64,000 bases of DNA. Origin: an uncultured bacterium (GTDB lineage: Bacteria; Babelota; Babeliae; Babelales; JACPOV01). Positions 51,571 to 60,995 of this stretch are shown piece after piece. Numbering within the stretch: position 1 is the stretch's first letter; the number at the start of each line of letters is the position of its first letter. Under the pieces are notes generated by a model. The model was not told the DNA's origin. It did not search any database and was given only the letters and a program-made list of their open reading frames with translations. Made by a program: the position numbers and the translations under genes. The DNA is taken from NCBI GenBank assembly GCA_963744715.1, contig CAVUUR010000006.1, forward strand, positions 64,001 through 128,000, read 5' to 3'.

Positions 51571-54281
51571 ATGGTGGCATCATTGCCCGCATCACTTTGG
51601 CTGTATTGGCAGGCTTACTTTTTTCATTATATCTTTTGCAAAATGATCATTTCGTTCGTGGTGTTTGCCAAGAAAAATTAAAGAAAATGTTCGAACAATC
51701 ATTTGACTGCGTAGCACAGGCAACGTTAAAACATATTAATTTTTTTTCTGCGGAACTTGAGGGTGAACGTATAGAAATTGTTGCTCCCGATGGCACATCA
51801 TGGCATTGGAAAGCACAATCCATTAAGGTAAATTTTTCTTGGTTATCCCTTATTCTCAATCGTAAAGTTGGATTAGAAATTACCCTTCAACAGGTCGATG
51901 CATTTTCTGAATTGCGCGATAATTCTCTACTCATATTTAATCACCTAAAAAAAATGATCGAAGGGGCTATTGGTTTACCGATAACCTTAAAAGGCTTAAT
52001 AGTTCGCAAAGGAACCTTAGAAATAATTGAACCTCATAATAAGATAAGAGGTTATTTTGTTTTCTCGAGCCAAATCAGCGCCATGCCCGAACGTTTTAAA
52101 GCTGCTTTATATCTGATAGATGGCACCATAGAACATAATCTAAATCAACTATTACATTCTTTTAATGCAACGATCAGTTTCGAAAAACAAACAACAAAAA
52201 CTGATCGTGCATTGATGAATATTATGGTTGATGGCCGGTGCATTCTTGATCGATTATTACCTTCGTCGCAAGAATTACATATTTTAGGACGATTTGCAGG
52301 CAATCAAGGAAAATTAAGTCTTGAAGCAAAAGATCGTTCATATTTTATTGATATTGATGTTAATAATGCAGCTAACCATATACAGCGTAAAGTGCAAGGA
52401 CACATTCCACTTAATGTTATCAATAACATAATTGCTTTATTTCCGGAACACACGGTTGATGGAACAGCCGATTTTTCCTTACAAACGAATAACGATGATT
52501 GCGATGGTTCAATAGTTATTTCTAATGCAGGTTATTTAAATTATCCACTGGGAACTATCACAACTCACATTAATAGTACTAATGGCGTATGGAATAGCAC
52601 TATTATGCATGATTCACAAGATAGTGGCCATTTAGAGGCGGTGTTCCATTTCAATCAACAAACAATGCAAGGAAGATGTGATCTTTATAACACTGATACT
52701 ATTAAACTTCCCAGCACTGAATATTGGATTATTAAGCCTCATGATTTTAGAATAAGTTTTTCTTATGATTCTGCTGGCGTTTTTTATGGAACATATGCAG
52801 GCACTATCAGCCATACTAAAATTGATACTATTTTATCTATCCAAGGTAAATTGTGGATTGAAGATGATCGTATACTACTTAATGGTAATATTAATGAAAA
52901 AAACTATCATGCAACCTTTCATATGCCGACCATGACCCTTGAAAAACTTTCATACTACGATGAGAAGGGCAATACTCTTATCAATGCATCCATGGATCAT
53001 CAATATGCTATTGTCGCGGATATTACCTACGCATTAATTCGCTCCTGTATGAGTAATTTTTTTGAAATTGATACGTTAGGACAAGGAACTTTTCATATTA
53101 ATGCTAATGTTGATAATAATCGTAATATTGCAGGAACACTATCATTACAAGAAGGTAATATTCAGGTATCACCAACCTATAATTTTATTCGCTCTATCAT
53201 GGGTAATTTTCTCATTAATACCTCTGCACGCACTATGCTACTCAATGATGCCATGATTACTTTTCATAAAGGTAATATTACCTGCAAGCGCGCTCGCATC
53301 GACTTTGACACATCCGGTATTACGTTTATGCATATACCATTGGTAGTTCAACAATTATTTCTGAATATAGAAAAAGAATTATTTTCCTGGACATCAGGAA
53401 CTATCATTATGCATAAACAAAATATTTTTTCCATCAAAGGAAAGTTACTTATTGATAGAGGACAACTGAAAAAAAATATTTTTTCTCCTCTCATGCAACG
53501 ATATTTTGCTCAAGCAGTAGGAAATTCTTTTGTACGCTATCCTCTTAATACAGAATGTAATTTGATTATTGAAACCAAAAAACCTATTCATATAAAAACA
53601 TCATTTTTAGAGACTGATGCAATAGTAGCACTCACCGTTAAAGGATCAATTAATAATCCTCACGTATCCGGTAATATTATTTTATCTATGGGAAGTTTAG
53701 GATTTCCGTATAAGTCATTATACATTACGCAAGGCATTTTATATTTCTTGCCGAATCAATTGAATGACCCTGTCCTTGAATTAACAGCAAAAGGCAAAAT
53801 AAAAAAATATCATATAACGTTGCGTGCATCAGGCTCATTGCATCATCCTCATATAATATTGGAATCAGCACCACCATTAACTGAAGAACAAATTCTTACG
53901 CTTCTCTTAGCAGGTTCTGAAAAAGGATCATTTGCTTTAGTAATGCCTACGCTCATTATGCAGAACGTGCAAAATATTATGTTTGGACCGGAACAATCAT
54001 CATCAAAATTAGAAACCTATTTTAAAAATTTATTAGCGCCACTACGGCATATTCGCATTGTCCCTAGTTTTACCGATCAAAGTGGCAGAGGAGGTTTTAG
54101 AGGAGCAATAGAAATTGATGTCAATGATCAACTACATGGTGTTATTCAAAAAAACTTTAGTTTGCCGGAAGATACAAAATTTGAAGTAGAATACGATCTT
54201 TCTGATGACATTAGCCTCCGTGGCATTAAAGATGAACGTGGAGATTTAGGAGGAGAGGTTGAAATACGGTGGAAGTTTTAG
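51567..54281 (+). CDS. tamB: TamB/AsmA-like translocation and assembly protein
   Basis: N-terminal TM, long beta-rich body, TamB C-terminal pattern (L.VKGSINNP..G, DPVLELTA, LESAPPLTEEQILTLLLAG, EIRWKF). Confidence 0.8.
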   Translation: MNGGIIARITLAVLAGLLFSLYLLQNDHFVRGVCQEKLKKMFEQSFDCVAQATLKHINFFSAELEGERIEIVAPDGTSWHWKAQSIKVNFSWLSLILNRKVGLEITLQQVDAFSELRDNSLLIFNHLKKMIEGAIGLPITLKGLIVRKGTLEIIEPHNKIRGYFVFSSQISAMPERFKAALYLIDGTIEHNLNQLLHSFNATISFEKQTTKTDRALMNIMVDGRCILDRLLPSSQELHILGRFAGNQGKLSLEAKDRSYFIDIDVNNAANHIQRKVQGHIPLNVINNIIALFPEHTVDGTADFSLQTNNDDCDGSIVISNAGYLNYPLGTITTHINSTNGVWNSTIMHDSQDSGHLEAVFHFNQQTMQGRCDLYNTDTIKLPSTEYWIIKPHDFRISFSYDSAGVFYGTYAGTISHTKIDTILSIQGKLWIEDDRILLNGNINEKNYHATFHMPTMTLEKLSYYDEKGNTLINASMDHQYAIVADITYALIRSCMSNFFEIDTLGQGTFHINANVDNNRNIAGTLSLQEGNIQVSPTYNFIRSIMGNFLINTSARTMLLNDAMITFHKGNITCKRARIDFDTSGITFMHIPLVVQQLFLNIEKELFSWTSGTIIMHKQNIFSIKGKLLIDRGQLKKNIFSPLMQRYFAQAVGNSFVRYPLNTECNLIIETKKPIHIKTSFLETDAIVALTVKGSINNPHVSGNIILSMGSLGFPYKSLYITQGILYFLPNQLNDPVLELTAKGKIKKYHITLRASGSLHHPHIILESAPPLTEEQILTLLLAGSEKGSFALVMPTLIMQNVQNIMFGPEQSSSKLETYFKNLLAPLRHIRIVPSFTDQSGRGGFRGAIEIDVNDQLHGVIQKNFSLPEDTKFEVEYDLSDDISLRGIKDERGDLGGEVEIRWKF

Positions 54282-54378
54282 TACGATTGGCGCAGTGATT
54301 TGTTAATACCTATGAAATAAATGTACATTCATATTCATTAACAATAATAATACTATTACTTTGTTACGAGGAAAAAGC

Positions 54379-55113
54379 ATGAAATATGGATTATTGCGCT
54401 ACTTTGATATTTCGCTCCTTTGTTACACCTTGTTACTGTTAATTTTTTCATTTAGCTCTGCAAAAACCACCAAAGAAAATCCGGTCAACGTTGCCAAAGA
54501 ATTTTTAGGCGTTGGGAAAAAAATAAGAGTACCTTTATTCATTCCCGATATTCGAGTAAAACCTATTCTCTTGGGACTCATTATTAGTGAACAAAAAAGT
54601 ATTTCTGCAGCTCAATTTCGCCTTAATGATAAAGATATTGCCCAAGCATTAATTGATGCACATAAACGCGGAATTCCCGTTAGAATTGTCACCGATCAAA
54701 GTGCCTTTTTTGATAAGTACAATAAAATTAATGCCTTGCTACAAGCAGGTATCGAGATTCGTTGGTATGTAGTCCCTTTTTCTATTATGCACCATAAATT
54801 TTTTATCTTTGGTAAAAATTTAACCAATGAACCACTACTTGTTACTGGATCTGCAAACATGACTGTTTCTGGCTACACGAAAAATCAGGAAAATTTGAAT
54901 ATTTTTAATGATCGATCATTAATTACCGCCTATGAACAACAATTTGAACGACTTCTCAAAAGGACGGTTAGAGAAATGCCCGCGCCTGCCGCTGCACTTA
55001 ATAAGGCATTAACAGAAAAAGTATTTAATATACCACTACCTAAACAAAACCTGCTTAAAAGTCCGGCCAAACAAAAAAAAGCTTGTACAACAACAAGAAT
55101 TAAAACTAAGTAA
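54379..55113 (+). CDS. Single-motif phospholipase D/Nuc-like protein with signal peptide
   Basis: IAQALIDAHKRGIPVRIVTD, MHHKFFIFG, TGSANMT..N.EN. Confidence 0.88.
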   Translation: MKYGLLRYFDISLLCYTLLLLIFSFSSAKTTKENPVNVAKEFLGVGKKIRVPLFIPDIRVKPILLGLIISEQKSISAAQFRLNDKDIAQALIDAHKRGIPVRIVTDQSAFFDKYNKINALLQAGIEIRWYVVPFSIMHHKFFIFGKNLTNEPLLVTGSANMTVSGYTKNQENLNIFNDRSLITAYEQQFERLLKRTVREMPAPAAALNKALTEKVFNIPLPKQNLLKSPAKQKKACTTTRIKTK

Positions 55114-55252
55114 AAAAGTCAGAAAAAAACTACGATAATAAGAGAAATTACTATAATGGCTTCATTACTACAATTCCTTCTTAGCCTGGCTTCAGACTAT
55201 TGATCTTTGGTAAAAAAAGCAAGCAATTTTTGTTAAGATTTTTGAACAACTA

Positions 55253-56182
55253 TTATAGCTGTTTTAAATGCGCAATAAGATTGCGAAAATCCTCAGGAAA
55301 TTCTTCTTTAAACTCGTAGGATTTATTTTGGAAAGTAAATGAAAGAGATGATGCATGCAATGCATGGCGATTAATTAATCGTGAACCAGTTCCGTATAAG
55401 GCATCTCCTAGTAAAGGGTTCCCCATAGCCGCACAATGCACGCGAATTTGATGAGTTCTACCGGTGACTGGGCGCAACCGCAGTAATGAAGAATTATTAA
55501 ATGATTCTTCAACCTCATAATGCGTAATTGCCGTTCTCCCCGATCCATTACAAGCCATTTTCGAACGCGTAATCACATCGCGCCCAATAGGCAACGTTAT
55601 AGTTCCTGTTGGCTCAGGATTACCTACAACCACAGCATGATACGTTTTGGTAATAAGCCGTTCTTTAAACATATCACTTAACGTTGCATGAGCATTATTA
55701 GTAGTTGGAATAATCATCAAGCCGGAAGTATTTTTATCTAACCTATGCACAATTCCCGGTCTATAATCACATCCAATGGATTCAATTGATACACCGTAGT
55801 GCATAAGCCAATCTACCAAGGTAAGTTCTTTGCTGGTTAGCGATGGCTTGTGGGTTATGAGCCCCGCAGGTTTTGATATAATTAAGAATTCAGCATGCTC
55901 AAAGATTATTTTTACGTTAAAGCTATCTAAAATCTTAATTTCTTCAGCAGTATACTTTGATGCGGGATACCATTGCGGAACACGTATTGTGATCAGATCA
56001 TGAGGCTTTATTATCGTACTTGATTTTACTAATTTATCATTAACAACAACAAGTTCCTGTTCAATGATTTTTTTTAAAAAACTTCGTGAATACAGCGGCA
56101 GTTTTTTTGCAATAAAACTATCAATTCGCATTGATAATTCTTCTTGTGGCACCTGCAGTGAATGAATAGTGTATGCTACCAT
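55253..56182 (-). CDS. RluA/RluD family pseudouridine synthase
   Basis: S4 domain RIDSFIA, KPAGL, GIVHRLDKNTSGL, TGRTHQIRVH, LHA. Confidence 0.95.
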   Translation of the reverse strand: MVAYTIHSLQVPQEELSMRIDSFIAKKLPLYSRSFLKKIIEQELVVVNDKLVKSSTIIKPHDLITIRVPQWYPASKYTAEEIKILDSFNVKIIFEHAEFLIISKPAGLITHKPSLTSKELTLVDWLMHYGVSIESIGCDYRPGIVHRLDKNTSGLMIIPTTNNAHATLSDMFKERLITKTYHAVVVGNPEPTGTITLPIGRDVITRSKMACNGSGRTAITHYEVEESFNNSSLLRLRPVTGRTHQIRVHCAAMGNPLLGDALYGTGSRLINRHALHASSLSFTFQNKSYEFKEEFPEDFRNLIAHLKQL

Positions 56183-56457
56183 TGACTTTTATTTCCTTTT
56201 ATTTGTACTGCTTTAGTAAGTATTAACACTAAAAATATAGTTTTTTATCTGAAATAAGATGGCCAATTTATCTTATAGTTATGAGAATAAAGGATATTGC
56301 CTTAAAGTCAAATGGACAATATCGATTTAATCAATTATTATGAAAAAAATAGGTATAACAATTACTTAGATAATATTGTATAGTTCTAAGGCCTTGTAAA
56401 CCTAAATAACTATGGATTTCTTTAAACTAACGGTCATCTGATCAAAAGGAGTACGCC

Positions 56458-57813
56458 ATGGACTCAGATATGTTATTACATGAACTGCAGGACCATATTG
56501 ATGAATTGCTCAATCAAACTACTCCAGATGGTGTAATATGGTGGAAAAAATGTCTTGAACTCCACCCAGCAGACATTGCCCAGTTGCTTGCCATCCTTGA
56601 TAAAGATCATGCTGAACAACTCTTTAAAAAATTACCCGAAGATCTCCGCCTAGAGGTTTTTAGTGAACTATCTGATTCGATGAAGGTTTTTACTCTCTCG
56701 CTCTTGGATGACCAACAAAAAGCCGCCATATTAGCCAAAACTCCTATTGATGAACTGACTGATTTATTTGATATTCTTTCCGATCAAGAATTAAAAAAAT
56801 ATTTAACGTTACTCAGTACCCAAGATAGGCAGAAAGTTCTCTTATTATTGAACTTTAATCCTGAATCTGCCGGTGGGATTATGGATACTGATGTTTTAAC
56901 ACTCATACAAGATTTTGCGGTAGAAAAAAGTATTCAAATTTTACAACGCTTACAACCGCGCCGCGATTTGCATCACCAAATTTACGTTACCGATCAAAAT
57001 AATATTGTAGTTGGTCACATTCAATTGGAAGATCTTGTTCTTAAGCATCCCAAAACACGCCTTTCTTCATTTTTGCGCAAAAATGAACTGATTGTGCCAG
57101 CCACCGAAGATCGTGAAGAAGTCGCAAAAAAAATGATCCACTATGGCCTAATGACCGTGCCAGTTGTGGGAGAAAATAATTATTTTTTGGGTGTTATTGC
57201 CAGCAACACCTTGGTTGATATTATCGAACAAGAAGCTAGTGAAGATGTCTATCGTATCTCGGCAATGACGCCAATTAAATATCCGTATTTTGAAACGTCA
57301 TTCTTACGCATTTTTTACGAGCGCAGCTATATTTTAATTATTTTATTATTAGCACAATCGCTATCAAGTATGATTATCAAAAGTTATGAAACTACCTTAT
57401 TTGGATTTCTTCTTTATTTCATTACCATGCTTACGAGCACCGGTGGTAATTCAAGTAGCCAAACATCAGCCGTTGTAATTCAAGGAATGGCTTCGGGCAC
57501 CATTCACTCAGGAAATGTCCATCGTTTTTTGCGCAGAGAATTATTGATGGCGATCATGATTGCTCTTGTGCTAGGGATTGTTTCCTTTATTCGCGTTTAT
57601 GTAACCTATGGAGAATTATGGGGAAGTTTTGCCGTAAGCACATCATTATTTTTTATCGTTTTGCTTTCCGTTATCTTGGGAAGCGGTATTCCGTTACTAC
57701 TTAAACGCTTCAATATTGATCCTGCATATGCCGCAGGGCCTTTTTTAGCAACGTTGATGGATATTTTTGGGCTTCTTATTTATTGCTATATTAGCAAATT
57801 AATTTTACATTAA
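56458..57813 (+). CDS. mgtE: Magnesium transporter MgtE
   Basis: LHPADIA, PESAGGIM, CBS pair, GGNSSSQ, IDPA..GPFLATLMD. Confidence 0.95.
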   Translation: MDSDMLLHELQDHIDELLNQTTPDGVIWWKKCLELHPADIAQLLAILDKDHAEQLFKKLPEDLRLEVFSELSDSMKVFTLSLLDDQQKAAILAKTPIDELTDLFDILSDQELKKYLTLLSTQDRQKVLLLLNFNPESAGGIMDTDVLTLIQDFAVEKSIQILQRLQPRRDLHHQIYVTDQNNIVVGHIQLEDLVLKHPKTRLSSFLRKNELIVPATEDREEVAKKMIHYGLMTVPVVGENNYFLGVIASNTLVDIIEQEASEDVYRISAMTPIKYPYFETSFLRIFYERSYILIILLLAQSLSSMIIKSYETTLFGFLLYFITMLTSTGGNSSSQTSAVVIQGMASGTIHSGNVHRFLRRELLMAIMIALVLGIVSFIRVYVTYGELWGSFAVSTSLFFIVLLSVILGSGIPLLLKRFNIDPAYAAGPFLATLMDIFGLLIYCYISKLILH

Positions 57814-57916
57814 TTCTAATAAGAAATATATAAGGTTTTTTTAATGTTAAAAAGTTACTCTATTTTTTAAGTAATTTTTTTTATTTTATGCAATGCGATC
57901 AAAATTCCTCTTTTTC

Positions 57917-57945
57917 TTGACAAAAAAGCTCGTAGTTTATACTAT
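57917..57945 (+). promoter_or_regulatory. Sigma70-type promoter of the tRNA-Lys/Glu pair
   Basis: TTGACA-17 nt-TACTAT about 40 nt upstream of tRNA-Lys. Confidence 0.7.
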
Positions 57946-57983
57946 GTAAAAGTCTTATTTTGAAATAATGCCTAAATTTTTGT

Positions 57984-58059
57984 GAGCCGCTAGCTCAGTC
58001 GGTAGAGCAACAGCCTTTTAAGCTGTGGGTCGTTGGTTCGAATCCAACGCGGCTCACCA
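57984..58059 (+). tRNA. tRNA-Lys(TTT)
   Basis: GAGCCGC acceptor, CAGC-CT-TTT-AA-GCTG anticodon arm, GGTTCGAATCC, ends CCA. Confidence 0.97.
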
Positions 58060-58068
58060 TATTTTTTA

Positions 58069-58146
58069 GTCCCTATCGTCTAGCCCGGTCCAGGACGTCG
58101 CCCTTTCACGGCGAAAACAGGGGTTCAAATCCCCTTAGGGACGCCA
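58069..58146 (+). tRNA. tRNA-Glu(TTC)
   Basis: GTCCCTA acceptor, CT-TTC-AC anticodon loop, GGTTCAAATCC, TAGGGACGCCA. Confidence 0.96.
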
Positions 58147-58177
58147 GCTTTCGCCAAGGCTTCAGCTGGCACGGCCA
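58141..58177 (+). repeat. 37-bp direct repeat, copy 1 (tRNA-Glu 3' end plus palindrome)
   Basis: acgccagctttcgccaaggcttcagctggcacggcca, identical to 59047..59083. Confidence 0.95.
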
Positions 58178-58384
58178 GTTTATCTAATGAAGAAAAAATA
58201 TCTTTAAATAAGACTGTCCCAAGTAGTTCTGAGTTTACGAAGAACGTAGTCGGATCAATTTTTTCAAAAACATTATTTATTGGGAATGTATAACGAAGCC
58301 ATGTGTAACCCAGAGCTAATTGTTTATAATTCTCAATTTGGTATGCTGATTTATAGAAATTAACTTTCAAATTAAGGATAATCC

Positions 58385-59023
58385 ATGAAAAAAATATTTT
58401 TTATAACGGGCTTTATGGTTGTGGGACTATTTCTAGAAGTTGGCGTCAGTTTTTCAGCTGATTCTTGGACGTGGAACCCTACAGGCCCCACTGCCGAAGA
58501 CATCCGATCAGCTACTGAAGTCGAAAACCTAGCTGCTAAAGGAAGTCCGGAGGATAAACTTATAAATGCCGTGAAAAATGGCGATCTTAAAAAGGTTGAA
58601 ACTTTCATTGCCGCGGGCGTAGGTCTTGAAGCTAGAGATAATGAGGATATGACTGCTCTTATGAGGGCTGCACAAAAAGGTTATTCTGACATTGTCAAAA
58701 TTCTCATAGATGCAGGGGCTGATATTAGCGCTGCGGATAGGTACCGTTGTACAGCGTTTTTTCATGCGGACAAAAACCACGTTGACATTGTGAAAATGCT
58801 TATAGCTAACGGAGCTACTGCAGACAGCTTCTTCAAAGAATTTTTTTTGGGTTCTGTACTTCAAGGCCATACTGAGATGGTGAAAGCTCTTATGGTTGAG
58901 AGCGCTAGGATAAAATACGATATCCTCGAAGAAGCTTATATGTTTGCCCGCGATACCCGCAGACGCAAGCCTGAGCTTTTTAATATTATTGTAGAAGCTC
59001 TTAATGAAAGAAAATCTCAATAG
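58385..59023 (+). CDS. Secreted ankyrin-repeat protein
   Basis: Signal peptide; LINAVKNGD..V, TALMRAAQKGYSDIVKILIDAGADI, GHTEMVKAL. Confidence 0.9.
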   Translation: MKKIFFITGFMVVGLFLEVGVSFSADSWTWNPTGPTAEDIRSATEVENLAAKGSPEDKLINAVKNGDLKKVETFIAAGVGLEARDNEDMTALMRAAQKGYSDIVKILIDAGADISAADRYRCTAFFHADKNHVDIVKMLIANGATADSFFKEFFLGSVLQGHTEMVKALMVESARIKYDILEEAYMFARDTRRRKPELFNIIVEALNERKSQ

Positions 59024-59046
59024 TTCTAACATAGTCGCTGTATGGA

Positions 59047-59083
59047 ACGCCAGCTTTCGCCAAGGCTTCAGCTGGCACGGCCA
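59047..59083 (+). repeat. 37-bp direct repeat, copy 2
   Basis: Identical to 58141..58177. Confidence 0.95.
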
Positions 59084-59215
59084 ATGATAAAACTGCATAA
59101 AAAATAAATTTTTGTGCGGCGCAGATAACTTTTTCACCGAACAATATCCCGTTTGAGAGTATAAACTTAATTAGATGAATTTTGCTGTATGAAATATGTA
59201 GATACTATGGTTAAA

Positions 59216-59290
59216 TTCTTGCCCTACATGAAATTAATACAATAAACTATAAAAAAAGTAACATTTAATGAGAATAATGGGAGAATTATG
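59216..59290 (+). promoter_or_regulatory. Duplicated promoter/leader, copy 1 (upstream of antitoxin)
   Basis: ttcttgccctacatgaaattaatacaataaactataaaaaaagtaacatttaat..ggagaattATG, similar to 60110..60175. Confidence 0.75.
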
Positions 59291-59533
59291 ATAAAAAAAA
59301 TAACAAAAAGTAAGAATAACCTGTCAATTGAAATTGACAAAGCCATTGCAGAGTCTCTCGGTATTAATCAGGAAACAGATATAGAGATGATTGTGATGGA
59401 TGACATGCTTATTATTAAACCTAAAAACAAAAAATTGCGTACTGCTAAAAAAAAACAAACTAGCCTTAACGACCTTACCAACAATTTAATGGATAAATAT
59501 GATTCTGTTCTAAAAAAACTTGCTAAAACATGA
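59288..59533 (+). CDS. AbrB/MazE-like antitoxin
   Basis: KITKSKNNLSIEIDKAIAESLGI..LIIKP..KYDSVLKKLA; ATGA overlap with the toxin gene. Confidence 0.85.
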   Translation: MIKKITKSKNNLSIEIDKAIAESLGINQETDIEMIVMDDMLIIKPKNKKLRTAKKKQTSLNDLTNNLMDKYDSVLKKLAKT

Positions 59534-59934
59534 GGCCATATTTTTTTGTTATTTTTATGAGTTCTTCAGATGTTATAAGAATTCATGACATGGTTATTAA
59601 CAGATTTGGTGGACGACTTGGTATTCATGATCAAAGATTACTCGAATCAGCTATTAACCATCCTTGGATGATTATTAAATATGGTAATGATGAGGAACAT
59701 CAAATTTCTAATTTAGCGGCTGCTTATTTTTTCCATATAATAAAAAATAATCCATTTATAGATGGAAATAAACGAACAGGATTGCTTACTACTCTAGACT
59801 TTCTTTATCAAAATGGTTTCGAGTTAGATGATAATCTTGATTTATATCAATTGTCATTAGATACAGCAGCTTCACACTTAAATGAAAAAGAGATTGCCAT
59901 TCTTTTTAAAAAAGCAATCAAAGAAATTGAGTAA
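59530..59934 (+). CDS. doc: Doc/Fic family toxin (motif His replaced by Asn)
   Basis: IHD..FGG..LLESAI..P, AAAY, KNNPFIDGNKRTG. Confidence 0.9.
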   Translation: MRPYFFVIFMSSSDVIRIHDMVINRFGGRLGIHDQRLLESAINHPWMIIKYGNDEEHQISNLAAAYFFHIIKNNPFIDGNKRTGLLTTLDFLYQNGFELDDNLDLYQLSLDTAASHLNEKEIAILFKKAIKEIE

Positions 59935-60109
59935 TCACACTGTAATGATATTCTACAAAGTTCTAAAATATACCATATTAGTCCCGTTTCAATTTTTTAA
60001 GAACAACATGGTCCCACTAATACATCTGGAATACTCATCCCTTTGATGGCCAACGATATTTTGCATTAAAAAAAAGTTAGATTATCATAAAAACAGCAAC
60101 GTTTAACAC

Positions 60110-60175
60110 TTCTTGCTCTATATGAAATTAATACAATAAATTATAAAAAGTAACGTTTAATAATAGGAGATTATG
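60110..60175 (+). promoter_or_regulatory. Duplicated promoter/leader, copy 2
   Basis: ttcttgctctatatgaaattaatacaataaattataaaaagtaacgtttaat..ggagattATG. Confidence 0.75.
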
Positions 60176-60784
60176 AAAAACAAAATTATTCTACTATGTA
60201 TTTTTTCAATCATTCCCTTAGTATGCATATTTCTAACAAACTGTTATCGAAAAAATGAAAACAGTTTAAGTGACAAAAATTACATTAAGACTGTGCTTTC
60301 TAAGATGGTAAGCATCGATCAGGCTTTAAGAGCAAAGGTAGCCCATGCTCAGTCAACAGTTGATGAATCTTTATGGAATGAAATAAAAAAAATAGATCGA
60401 GAACATACGAAAACTTTAAAAGAAATTTTAAACTACTATTATTGGATAACGATTCCTGAATTTGGAAAAGAAGCAGATGGACATGCATGGCTTTTAGTTC
60501 AGCATGCAGATCATGATCCAGAATTTCAAAAAGAAGCATTACATAGATTAGAAAAATTATACCCATCACAAGAAACTAGCCCTACAAATTTTGCCTATCT
60601 TCACGATCGGGTAGCTAAAAATGAAAAAAGGCCTCAAAGGTATGGCACACAAGGAACCGTAAAAGATGGCAAGTGGGTGCCATATGAAATAGAAGATCCG
60701 AATAGTTTAGACTATCGCAGGAGCGTGGTGGGATTACCTAGTTTTCAAGAGTACCTAAAGCTCATCAATGAGGTATACCATTAA
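60173..60784 (+). CDS. DUF6624-like exported protein
   Basis: DQALR, AWLLVQHAD, AYLHDRV..PQRYGTQ, IED..RRSVVGL. Confidence 0.8.
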   Translation: MKNKIILLCIFSIIPLVCIFLTNCYRKNENSLSDKNYIKTVLSKMVSIDQALRAKVAHAQSTVDESLWNEIKKIDREHTKTLKEILNYYYWITIPEFGKEADGHAWLLVQHADHDPEFQKEALHRLEKLYPSQETSPTNFAYLHDRVAKNEKRPQRYGTQGTVKDGKWVPYEIEDPNSLDYRRSVVGLPSFQEYLKLINEVYH

Positions 60785-60995
60785 AAATAGTCGAATTCTC
60801 CCGGAGGTTTTCACTCTTTTGCTAATCCATAGATTCCGTAGCATAAAAAATAAAAAGCAAGCATCTTAATAGTTATGTAATTGTTAACCCTATTCATGGT
60901 TACCTAGTTAATTTTTGATGCCCCAGTTAGTTAATTATTTACATGGCCGCATGATTTTTTGAATAATATTTTATAAATAGTATTGAGGGGTAATA

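Noticed and set aside
58141..59083. 37-bp palindromic repeat as a CRISPR array
   Set aside because: Only two copies, 906 bp apart with a gene between them; no cas genes in the window
58125..59137. Minus-strand ORFs 58125..58370, 58372..58608 and 58529..59137 (PAEALAKAG peptide)
   Set aside because: Shadow frames of the ankyrin gene and translations of the palindrome; one overlaps tRNA-Glu
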